DNA of 64,000 nucleotides from Candidatus Limnocylindrales bacterium. Lineage in GTDB: Bacteria > Verrucomicrobiota > Verrucomicrobiia > Limisphaerales > UBA11358. A model generated the notes under the pieces. The model ran no database searches, had not been told where the DNA came from, and saw only the letters and a list, made by a program, of their open reading frames with translations. Below, piece by piece: positions 55,230-63,341 of the stretch. The DNA is taken from the NCBI GenBank assembly GCA_035604955.1, contig DATNHM010000027.1:2202-66201 (forward strand), given 5' to 3'. The position numbers and the translations under genes were made by a program. The stretch's first letter is position 1; every line of letters begins with the position of its first letter.

Positions 55230-55240
55230 ATCAGATTTTG

Positions 55241-55317
55241 GATTTACGATATTCGATTTACGAGTCTCTTGAGAATTGGCTGCGGCGCGCAAATCATAGA
55301 TCGCAAATCGCAAATTA
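55241..55317. repeat. heptamer hairpin between the pyrD stop and the channel-like gene
   Basis: gatttac gatattc gatttac (55241-55261) faces gcaaatc atagatc gcaaatc gcaaatt (55290-55317), with one mismatch per unit. Confidence 0.65.
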
Positions 55318-56229
55318 CGTTTTCACCGCCACACTGCCGATGATTTCTTTTACGTCCTTCAGGCCATGCTTTTCCATGAATTCGCGGAGGCCGGCAATCA
55401 CCTGCAACGGCGTCTGCGGTTCGTAGAAATTCGCCGTGCCGACCGCCACCGCGGTTGCGCCGGCCACCATGAATTCAATCGCGTCCGCCGCGTTCTGAAT
55501 GCCGCCCATGCCGATGATGGGAATTTTCACCGCCTTGGCCGCTTCCCAGACGAGTTTGACGGCAATCGGCTTGATGCACGGCCCGGTCAGGCCGCCGGTC
55601 ACGTTCGCCAGTTTTGGCGTGCGCGTCTCAATGTCAATTGCCATGGCCGGATAGCTGTTCATGATGGACAACGCGTCGCTGCCGGCGTCCGCCGCCGCCC
55701 TGGCGAAGGGCGCGATGCACACCACGTTCGGGCTCATCTTGGTAATCAAGGGCAGCTTCGTTACCTTGCGGCAGGCGGCGACGACTTGTGCCAGTAATTT
55801 TAAGTCGGTGCCGAACTGGGCGCCGCCTTCCTTGATGTTGGGGCAGGACACGTTGAGTTCCAGCGCGCCGACGCCACCAAGCGCGTCGAAGCGCCGCGCC
55901 ACTTCCGCGTATTCTTCAACCGTGGTGCCCCAGATGTTGATGATGGTCGCGACTTTGAGTGTTTTGAGAAACGGCCAGTATTTTTTAATAAAGCCGTCCA
56001 CGCCCGGCCCTTGCAGGCCGATGGCGTTGATCAGTCCGCTCGCAACCTCGACCGTGCGCGGCGTGGCATTGCCGCGGACCGGATGCAATCGGATGCCCTT
56101 CACGACGACCGCGCCGAGCTGGTTCAGGTCGAGAAGCTGCGCGTACTCGACGCCGTAACCGAACGTCCCGGAGGCGACCATCACCGGGTTTTGCAGCGTC
56201 AGCTTGCCGATTTTGACAGAGAGGTTCAT
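55315..56229 (-). CDS. pyrD: dihydroorotate dehydrogenase, class 1B catalytic subunit
   Basis: Trimmed to the ATG at 56227-56229 (MNLSVKIGKLTLQNPVMVASGTFGYG). Carries LNVSCPN (catalytic Cys) and GGIQNAADA. Confidence 0.95.
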   Translation of the reverse strand: MNLSVKIGKLTLQNPVMVASGTFGYGVEYAQLLDLNQLGAVVVKGIRLHPVRGNATPRTVEVASGLINAIGLQGPGVDGFIKKYWPFLKTLKVATIINIWGTTVEEYAEVARRFDALGGVGALELNVSCPNIKEGGAQFGTDLKLLAQVVAACRKVTKLPLITKMSPNVVCIAPFARAAADAGSDALSIMNSYPAMAIDIETRTPKLANVTGGLTGPCIKPIAVKLVWEAAKAVKIPIIGMGGIQNAADAIEFMVAGATAVAVGTANFYEPQTPLQVIAGLREFMEKHGLKDVKEIIGSVAVKT

Positions 56230-56263
56230 GAAAGCACCTCCGGGCTGAGGGGAAAAATGGATG

Positions 56264-56361
56264 AACATTCAACATTCAACATCGAACTTCGAACATCAAA
56301 TGACTCCATTCGCCCGTCACTCTGGTTGGGCGTTGAATGTTGAATGTTGAATGTTGAATGT
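56264..56361. repeat. complementary heptamer arrays (AACATTC x5 versus GTTGAAT x4) forming a long hairpin in the pyrK-pyrD spacer
   Basis: attcaac attcaac atcgaac ttcgaac (56267-56294) faces gttgaat x4 (56332-56359). The loop is about 37 nt. Confidence 0.85.
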
Positions 56362-56383
56362 TTTCCACCCATAAATTGAAATC

Positions 56384-57274
56384 TCATTTTGTGGTTTCCC
56401 AAATAATCTGTCTCGCATCAAACACCGGCCCCTCGGTGCAGGTGCGTTGGTATTCCCAGCCGTCGCCGGTTTTGACCGGGATCACGCAGGTCAGGCAAAC
56501 GCCGACGCCGCAGCACATGTGTTCGTCCATCGAAAGTTCCGCCGGGACATTGAAATCCCCGGCGATTTTGCCAACCGCCTTCAACATTCCCGTCGGACCG
56601 CACGCAAAAATTTTGACCTTCCGAACTGCCGGAGCCGACGTCAGGAGGCTCTGACCCTTTTTTGATTTTTGAATTTGAGCCTCGTTGCCTCGGCTCCCGC
56701 GCAATTCGACCAGCAAAGGTTGCGTGACCAGACCTTTTTCACCGTGGCTGCCGTCCTCGGTGGTCACGCGTACGTCCCAGCCGAGCGCCTGAAATTCCTT
56801 TTCACACAGGATATCCACGCGCCGCCGGCCGCCGACAAAGGCGATGCCTTTCAGGGGCGAGCGTTGCGCGAGCAGATACATCGCCGCCATACCGTAACCG
56901 CCGGCGACGAGCAAGGGCGTCCCGCCGCCGCGCTTGGGCACGGTGAATCCGTGGCCGAGCGGCGCGATGACGCTGAGTTCCTCGCCGGCACCCAGCCGGG
57001 CGAGCGCGTCGGTGCCTTTGCCGACAGTTTTGTAGAGGATGGAAAAAGTGTCGCCGGAAACCTGGAAGATGCTGAACGGCCGGCGGAGCAGGGCCTCCTT
57101 CAGCGACAGGACACGAACATGTGCGAATTGACCGGGCTGGATGAGCGGCGCGATTTGCGGCGCGCGCAGGACGAGACGGAAATAAGAATCAGTGTCGCGC
57201 TCGTTGGAGACTATCTGGACAGTTTGCTCAAGCATCGGCGTCGCCAGCATGGTCGGCAACGGCAAACCTGTCAA
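56384..57274 (-). CDS. pyrK: dihydroorotate dehydrogenase electron-transfer subunit (FAD / 2Fe-2S)
   Basis: RPFSI FAD motif, GGYGMAAM, ACGPTGMLKAV, and the cluster CCGVGVCLTC...C. The true start may be an internal Met (57250 or 57235). Confidence 0.9.
   Translation of the reverse strand: MTGLPLPTMLATPMLEQTVQIVSNERDTDSYFRLVLRAPQIAPLIQPGQFAHVRVLSLKEALLRRPFSIFQVSGDTFSILYKTVGKGTDALARLGAGEELSVIAPLGHGFTVPKRGGGTPLLVAGGYGMAAMYLLAQRSPLKGIAFVGGRRRVDILCEKEFQALGWDVRVTTEDGSHGEKGLVTQPLLVELRGSRGNEAQIQKSKKGQSLLTSAPAVRKVKIFACGPTGMLKAVGKIAGDFNVPAELSMDEHMCCGVGVCLTCVIPVKTGDGWEYQRTCTEGPVFDARQIIWETTK
56631..56697. repeat. double-hairpin element (copy C) in frame inside pyrK
   Basis: gagcc-gacgtcagga-ggctc (56632-56651), a 25-nt spacer, then gagcc-tcgttgcctc-ggctc (56677-56696). 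It has the same 67-nt architecture as 35421-35487. It is translated as about 23 extra residues (GSRGNEAQIQKSKKGQSLLTSAP). Confidence 0.85.
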
Positions 57275-57387
57275 GGTAGGGACGGATCGCCAAGGCCCGA
57301 ACCATCTGCCTTAAGAAGCACCTTTCGCATGATGCCTCGGGTCTAATGGGCTGATTGAAATTCATGGCTGTTGTCAGGTTCGGATAT

Positions 57388-58473
57388 TCAATCCGAGGAT
57401 GGCGGGGACGGGGAGGAGGGCGGGTCGGAACGATGGCTGGAAATCCATTCTTCCGCCAGCCGGTAGCCGACGGCCAGCAGCGTCGGGCCGAGAAAAACAC
57501 CGATGAAGCCGAAGGCCAGCGCGCCGCCAATCACGCCGATGAAAATCAAAATGAACGGCATGTTGCTGCCCTGGCTGATGAGCCACGGCTTGACGACGTT
57601 GTCGAGGCTGGCCACGCCTACGCCCCAGATGAGCATGAAAATGCCCCAGCCGGTCGCTCCTTGATGAAACAGCCAGAGCGCCGAGGGAATCCAGATCAGC
57701 CCGGTTCCCACAATGGGCACGATGGAAGCGAAAAAGGTCAACAAGGCCAGCAGAGCGGCCCCGGGCACGCCGGCGATGAACAAACCGATGCCGGTCATGA
57801 CCGCCTGCGCCAAGGCGGTGCCGAGGATGCCATAGACCACCCCGCGAATGGTCTGGCCGGCTACGGTCAGCAGGTGTTTGCCTTGTTCACCACCGATGCG
57901 TTCCACTGCCGTGATCAACCGGTCGGCGACCGCCACACCGTCGCGGAAAAGGAAGAACGCGATAAAAATACTCAAGGCCAGTTGCAGGAGGCCGCCACCC
58001 AATGCCAGGCCCCGTTGAAGCAGCCAGGCGCTCACGGGTTTAATGAACTGCTCCGTTTGCGCCCACAGTCGGGCGGTGTCCGCCGTCAGGTTCTGCCAGT
58101 ATTCCGTTGCCCAGGCACCGATCACTGGCACGCGGGCCAGCCAGTCGGGCGGGGCGGGCGGGCCGTTTTGGGCCCAGGCTTTAACGGCGCCGGTGAGTTG
58201 GTTGATGTTGTCGGCGAGGGTGGCGCCGATGATGACAAAGGGCAGGAGGATGATGAGGACCATAGCCAGGGTCATCAGGGAAGCGGCCAGCGTGCGCCGG
58301 TTGCGGACCAATCCGAGCAGCCGGCGATAGATGGGCCAGCTTGAAAAGCAGAGCACGACGGCCCAGAGCAGCGCGGACACGAACGGGCGCAGCACGAGCA
58401 GGCAGCCGGCCAGCAACGCCAGCAGGACAATCCAGCCGAGGTACTGCTCCAATTTGGGCCGCAATGGGTTCAT
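57388..58473 (-). CDS. AI-2E family transporter (PerM/UPF0118)
   Basis: 361 aa with about 8 TM helices. Family-typical segments: LRPFVSALLWAVVL and GVFLGPTLLAV. Confidence 0.85.
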   Translation of the reverse strand: MNPLRPKLEQYLGWIVLLALLAGCLLVLRPFVSALLWAVVLCFSSWPIYRRLLGLVRNRRTLAASLMTLAMVLIILLPFVIIGATLADNINQLTGAVKAWAQNGPPAPPDWLARVPVIGAWATEYWQNLTADTARLWAQTEQFIKPVSAWLLQRGLALGGGLLQLALSIFIAFFLFRDGVAVADRLITAVERIGGEQGKHLLTVAGQTIRGVVYGILGTALAQAVMTGIGLFIAGVPGAALLALLTFFASIVPIVGTGLIWIPSALWLFHQGATGWGIFMLIWGVGVASLDNVVKPWLISQGSNMPFILIFIGVIGGALAFGFIGVFLGPTLLAVGYRLAEEWISSHRSDPPSSPSPPSSD

Positions 58474-58530
58474 GGCGAGAGTCCGCGGCGAGTGTGTGAT
58501 GGCGACGCCACGGCGTCAATGACGCAGGCA

Positions 58531-58558
58531 ATTTACGATTACCGACTTACGATTGAGC
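58531..58558. repeat. 4 degenerate heptamers ATTTACG-like
   Basis: atttacg attaccg acttacg attgagc. Confidence 0.5.
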
Positions 58559-58614
58559 CGTCGGAATCACATTCTCAATCAATGAATACAGAGCGATTAA
58601 GATTGCGAGAAAGA

Positions 58615-60678
58615 TTAAGATTGGCGGCGGACGACTTCGGGCGCGGTTTCCATGCCGGGATGCGACTGGCCATCCATGTCCTCCGCTTGTGGAGCTTGTG
58701 GAGCGTTGGCACGTTCGACAATTTTGCGATACGTCGCCAGCGCCAGCAGCGGCCAGGCGTTGCGGTACATGTCGTATTTCAAATAGAACACCTTGGGGAA
58801 ACCAGTGCCGGTGGTTTCGTGCTCCGTCCATGAGCCGTCGGGGTTTTGCGTGCGTGCCAGATATTCGATGCCGCGCTTGAGATAGGGATTGTCCGGGTCG
58901 TCGAACGCGCACAGGCCCATGACGGCCCAGGCGGTCTGCGACGCTGTACTCGGACCGCGCGCCTTGAAGACCGGGTCATCGTAGGTGTTGCAACGTTCAC
59001 CCCAGCCGCCGTCTTCGTGCTGGACGCTTTCGAGCCAGTGACGCGCCTTGAGCAGCCACGGCTGGTTCATGTCCAGGTTCATCGCGCGCAGGCCGCGCAA
59101 CACCTGCCACGTGCCGTAAACGTAATTCACGCCCCAGCGGCCGTACCAGGAGCCGTCAGGTTCCTGTTGGGAGCGGATGTAATCGAGCGCCTTTTTCACG
59201 CGCGCATGATTCACCCGGAAATTCTCGGCGCCGAGCAATTCCAGAATGCGCGCGGTGATGTCGGCGCATTCGGGGTCGAGCATGGCGTTGTGATCGGCGA
59301 ACGGGACCTTTTCCAGGATGTTCTTGGTGCAATCCTTGTCGAATGCCGCCCAGCCGCCGTCCTTGCACTGGAAGGTCAGCATCCAGGTCAAGCCGCGCTG
59401 GAAACACTCGTCGCGCCGGTTCGGATGATCAGTAGGAATCTTGCGGAGCGCGAGCAGCACCATGGCCGTGTCGTCCACGTCCGGGTTCCATTGATTATTA
59501 AATTCAAAGACCCAGCCGCTCGGTTCGACGCGTGTGGGATTTTTGTGATGCCAATCGCCGCGAATGCGGATTTCCCGGTCCATCAGCCAGGTGGCGGCCT
59601 TTTTCAGGGCGGGATGGTTTTCGGAGATGCCCGATTCGTGCAGGGCAATGATGACGTACGAGGTGTCCCACACCGGCGAGAAACACGGTTCGATGCGCAC
59701 ATCGTCATCGGTTTCGTGCTCAAGTTTCTTCAATTCGTGCGTGGCGCGGACCACTTCCGGGTGGTCGTCGGGATAGCCCAGTGACTGGAGCGCGATGAGC
59801 GAATTGAGCATCGCCGGGAAAATTGCCGCCAGCCCGTCCGAATGTTCGAACCGTTCGAGCATCCATTGCTCGCATTTCCGCAAGGCGCGCTTGCGGAACG
59901 GATGGATTTTGTGTTCGGCAAACCATTCGGCGAATTTGTGCAACCGGTCGAGCCAGAGAAAGAAATTCCGCCACGACAACGCGTCCGGGTCGGGCGCGAG
60001 GGCGAGGTCGCGTTCATGCAGGCCTTCAGGATACAGCTCGTCCAGGTCCACCTTGACCGGGCGGGTGGGTTTGAAATGGTTGATGATGGCCAGCGGGACG
60101 AGCATGGCGCGCGACCAGTTGCTCATGTCCCAAAAATTCACGTGGAACCATTTGCCCAGCATCATCACCTCACAGGGGATGGTGGGCACGTATTCCCAGG
60201 AATAAAGCCCGAGCAGGGCGAGATACAGCTTGGCGAAGGTGTTCATGCGCGGCACGCCACCGAGGTGCAATGCCACTTCGCGGGCGCGCAGCATGCGGGG
60301 GTCGGTCTCCGGGACGCCGGCGAGTTTGAGCGCGAGATACGCCTTGATGGTGGCGTTCACGTCCGACGGGCCGCCGTGATAGATGTTCCAGCCGCCGTCG
60401 GGCAATTGCATGGAAAAGATGTGATTGACGGCCTTGCGCTGCCACTCGCGGTCAATTTTGCCATGCCAATGGTGGTACGCCACCGTGTCCGACACGAGCG
60501 TGGAATCCACCATCAGTTCGCCGATCCAGTAGCCTTCGGGCTTCTGCAGGCCCAAAAGGTGCTCCTGCGACCGCAGAATGGCCGTCTCGATCTCTCTCTC
60601 AAAGTCCGTTTGAAGCCGGGCCGACCGGGGCGACTGCGTCGTCTGAACCCTTGATTCGCTTTCAGTCAACACGCCCAT
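58615..60678 (-). CDS. shc: squalene-hopene cyclase
   Basis: Trimmed to the ATG at 60676-60678. It has QW repeats, the DVDDTAMV (DxDD) motif and GGWG motifs. Confidence 0.93.
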   Translation of the reverse strand: MGVLTESESRVQTTQSPRSARLQTDFEREIETAILRSQEHLLGLQKPEGYWIGELMVDSTLVSDTVAYHHWHGKIDREWQRKAVNHIFSMQLPDGGWNIYHGGPSDVNATIKAYLALKLAGVPETDPRMLRAREVALHLGGVPRMNTFAKLYLALLGLYSWEYVPTIPCEVMMLGKWFHVNFWDMSNWSRAMLVPLAIINHFKPTRPVKVDLDELYPEGLHERDLALAPDPDALSWRNFFLWLDRLHKFAEWFAEHKIHPFRKRALRKCEQWMLERFEHSDGLAAIFPAMLNSLIALQSLGYPDDHPEVVRATHELKKLEHETDDDVRIEPCFSPVWDTSYVIIALHESGISENHPALKKAATWLMDREIRIRGDWHHKNPTRVEPSGWVFEFNNQWNPDVDDTAMVLLALRKIPTDHPNRRDECFQRGLTWMLTFQCKDGGWAAFDKDCTKNILEKVPFADHNAMLDPECADITARILELLGAENFRVNHARVKKALDYIRSQQEPDGSWYGRWGVNYVYGTWQVLRGLRAMNLDMNQPWLLKARHWLESVQHEDGGWGERCNTYDDPVFKARGPSTASQTAWAVMGLCAFDDPDNPYLKRGIEYLARTQNPDGSWTEHETTGTGFPKVFYLKYDMYRNAWPLLALATYRKIVERANAPQAPQAEDMDGQSHPGMETAPEVVRRQS

Positions 60679-60818
60679 ACTTTGCGGGGTTAACGGGAGA
60701 CTGTAAAGATTTTTAGTCGCCGGCCGGCACACCATAAGAAACTTAAATTTTTGTGTTGGACAAACCTGGCAAATTCTCCTAGTTGATGAATCGGCGATTG
60801 GACAGACACCAACAAGCC

Positions 60819-61580
60819 ATGAGCTACAAGATATCCCGCTACGGCTGGCTGCCGGATTTGCCGGATCATCGCGACCATTATTACGCCGCGCCGGTTGAAG
60901 GGGCGGAGGCTTTGCCGCCCAGCAAGGATTTACGCGCCCAATGCCCGCCGGTTTACGACCAGGGCCAGCTCGGCAGTTGCACCGCCAATGCCATTGCCGG
61001 GGCGATTGAATTCGACCGGTTGAAACAAAAAGTAGCTGACTTTACACCCTCACGCCTGTTTATTTATTACAACGAACGCGTGATCGAACGCACGGTGAAC
61101 ACAGACAGCGGCGCCCAAATCCGCGACGGCATCAAGAGCGTCGCCAGGCAGGGCGATTGTCCGGAAACCGAGTGGCCGTATGTCATCGCCAGATTCAAAA
61201 CCAAACCGCCGGCAAAATGTTACTCCGACGCGCTCCAATACCGGGTAGTGACGTATCAGCGTCTGGTGCCGGTGCTCAGCCAATTGCGAGGCTGCCTGGC
61301 GTCGGGCTATCCGTTCGTGTTTGGTTTTACCGTTTATGAAAGCTTTGAAAGCCCGCAGGTGGCCCGTACCGGCCACGCTTCGCTGCCGCTTTCCGGCGAA
61401 CGCGCCATTGGCGGCCATGCCGTGGTTTCCGTCGGCTACCAGGACCGGCAGCAGTGGTTCATTATCCGGAATTCCTGGGGCAATCGGTGGGGACTAAAGG
61501 GTTACTTTACATTACCTTATGCTTATTTAACCGACGAAAATTTATCAAGTGACTTCTGGACAATCCGTGTCGTTCAGTGA
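60819..61580 (+). CDS. papain-like C1 family cysteine peptidase
   Basis: QGQLGSCTANA (Cys), GGHAVVSVGY (His) and IRNSWG (Asn). No obvious signal peptide. Confidence 0.88.
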   Translation: MSYKISRYGWLPDLPDHRDHYYAAPVEGAEALPPSKDLRAQCPPVYDQGQLGSCTANAIAGAIEFDRLKQKVADFTPSRLFIYYNERVIERTVNTDSGAQIRDGIKSVARQGDCPETEWPYVIARFKTKPPAKCYSDALQYRVVTYQRLVPVLSQLRGCLASGYPFVFGFTVYESFESPQVARTGHASLPLSGERAIGGHAVVSVGYQDRQQWFIIRNSWGNRWGLKGYFTLPYAYLTDENLSSDFWTIRVVQ

Positions 61581-61606
61581 TAATTTAATTAAACCCAAAA
61601 AAAACT

Positions 61607-61927
61607 ATGACTCTAACCAAACGCGACCTTGTTATTCGCATCAGTAATGAAACCGGCCTCGTCCAACAGCAAGTGTTCGACGTGGTCCAGAAAACATTGG
61701 ACTACATCGCCGAGGCCCTGGCCAAAGGCGACAAAGTGGAGCTGCGCAACTTCGGCGTCTTTGAAGTCAAGGTCCGCAAGGCGCGCGTGGGCCGCAACCC
61801 GAACAAACCGGAAACCGACGTGCCCATTCCCGCCCGCGCCACCGTGAAATTCAAGGCCGGCAAGGAAATGCGCGCCGATGTCTTCAAGCTGTCGCCAAAA
61901 GCACAGGCGTCAGCCGCCGCGGTTTGA
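61607..61927 (+). CDS. HU/IHF family DNA-binding protein
   Basis: LTKRDLVIRISNETGL...VELRNFGVFEVKVRKARVGRNPNKPETDVPIPARATVKFKAGKEM. Confidence 0.92.
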   Translation: MTLTKRDLVIRISNETGLVQQQVFDVVQKTLDYIAEALAKGDKVELRNFGVFEVKVRKARVGRNPNKPETDVPIPARATVKFKAGKEMRADVFKLSPKAQASAAAV

Positions 61928-61988
61928 TTTTATCAGACTGGCCGGGTGTTTGTGCGCTGCCGTAGTTGATGACCGGACTTTTCAAAAT

Positions 61989-62035
61989 CCGCAAAAGATT
62001 TATTTAGTTTTTGCGGGTTTTATGCTTTTTTGCGG
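61989..62035 (+). terminator. terminator-like hairpin after the HU/IHF gene
   Basis: ccgcaaaa (61989-61996) pairs with ttttgcgg (62009-62016), followed by a T-rich tract gttttatgctttttt. Confidence 0.5.
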
Positions 62036-62042
62036 CTGATTT

Positions 62043-63299
62043 ATGGAACGACTGCCCGGTTTCCGCGATTTTTATCCCGAACCCCTGCCGTCCCGCGACA
62101 CGGGATGGAGTTTTGACGCCCGCCAATACGTCTTCGATAAATGGCGTGAAACCGCCCGGCGCTACGGCTTCCGCGAATACGACGGACCCCCGCTGGAATC
62201 ACTCGAACTCTTTACCACCAAAAGCGGCGACGAAATCGTCGGGCAGCTCTACAATTTCACCGACAAAGGCGACCGCGCCGTAGCGCTCCGGCCGGAAATG
62301 ACGCCGACGCTGGCGCGCATGGTTGCTGCGCACGAACGCAACTACAAGAAACCCATCAAGTGGTTCGCCATCCCGCAACTGTTCCGCTACGAACGGCAGC
62401 AGAAGGGCCGGTTGCGCGAGCATTTCCAGTTCAACGCCGACCTCATCGGCGAGACCGATCCGGCGGCGGACGCGGAACTCATCGCGCTGCTCATTGACAC
62501 GCTGCGGTCATTCGGCCTGACCGAACAGGATTTTATCATCCGCCTGAGCAGCCGGAACGCGTGGCACGAATTTTATGAAGCCGGAAGTCAGAAGTCAGAA
62601 GTCAGAAGTGCCAGCCACGAATACGAATTTTTCCAGACGATTGACAAACTGGAGCGCACGCCGCCGGAAGAGAGTGAAAAGAAGCTGGCCGCGCTCGGAT
62701 TTTCATTGGCCGACGTGAACCGGTTCATCGAATCCGGCAAACCGGCGGCGGGGTTGCAGAGCATTCTCGACAATCTCGCGGCGCGCGGTCTGCGCAATTT
62801 TGTGAAAGTGGATTACCACGTCATTCGCGGGCTGGCGTATTACACCGGCGTGGTGTTTGAGGCATTCGATGCCCAAGGCGAGTTCCGCGCCATCGCCGGC
62901 GGCGGGCGTTACGACAACCTCGTCAAGCTCGTCAGCGGCGGCAAGGTGGATTTGCCCGCGCTCGGCTTCGGCATGGGCGACGTAGTGCTGTTGGAACTGC
63001 TCAAAGCGCGCGGTTTACTGCCGAAATTCGACGCTGTTACCGATGTTTTTGTTTTGATTGAAGACGAAACATTGCGCGTCCAATCACTCAAGCTCGTACA
63101 GGAGTTGCGCGCCGCCGGTTTTGCGGTGGATTATCCGCTGACACCCGTCAAGCCGGACAAGCAATTCAAACGAGCGCAGGAGTTGAAGGTGGGTCACACC
63201 GCCCGCGTGGAAAGCGACGCCTATGTGCGCATCCGGAATTTGAAGACCCGCGATGAAGTCGTCGCTGGCTTTGCCGACGTGGCGAATCATCTGGGATGA
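62043..63299 (+). CDS. hisS: histidine--tRNA ligase
   Basis: 418 aa. Class II motifs seen: MERLPGFRDFYP, ALRPEMT, FRYERQQKGRLREHFQ, GGGRYDNL. Confidence 0.96.
   Translation: MERLPGFRDFYPEPLPSRDTGWSFDARQYVFDKWRETARRYGFREYDGPPLESLELFTTKSGDEIVGQLYNFTDKGDRAVALRPEMTPTLARMVAAHERNYKKPIKWFAIPQLFRYERQQKGRLREHFQFNADLIGETDPAADAELIALLIDTLRSFGLTEQDFIIRLSSRNAWHEFYEAGSQKSEVRSASHEYEFFQTIDKLERTPPEESEKKLAALGFSLADVNRFIESGKPAAGLQSILDNLAARGLRNFVKVDYHVIRGLAYYTGVVFEAFDAQGEFRAIAGGGRYDNLVKLVSGGKVDLPALGFGMGDVVLLELLKARGLLPKFDAVTDVFVLIEDETLRVQSLKLVQELRAAGFAVDYPLTPVKPDKQFKRAQELKVGHTARVESDAYVRIRNLKTRDEVVAGFADVANHLG
62584..62611. repeat. tandem heptamers GAAGTCA x3 (+1 imperfect) in frame inside hisS
   Basis: gaagtca gaagtca gaagtca gaagtgc, translated as SQKSEVRSA. 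It is flanked by the 9-nt direct repeats acgaatttt at 62566-62574 and 62623-62631. Confidence 0.9.
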
Positions 63300-63341
63300 A
63301 AAACCGGCGGGTTCGTTTGGATTTGCGTCGTGGGAAATGTC

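Noticed and set aside
56264-56361. Heptamer arrays as possible CRISPR arrays
   Set aside because: The repeat unit is 7 nt with no spacers. The arrays are under 40 nt and no cas genes are present.
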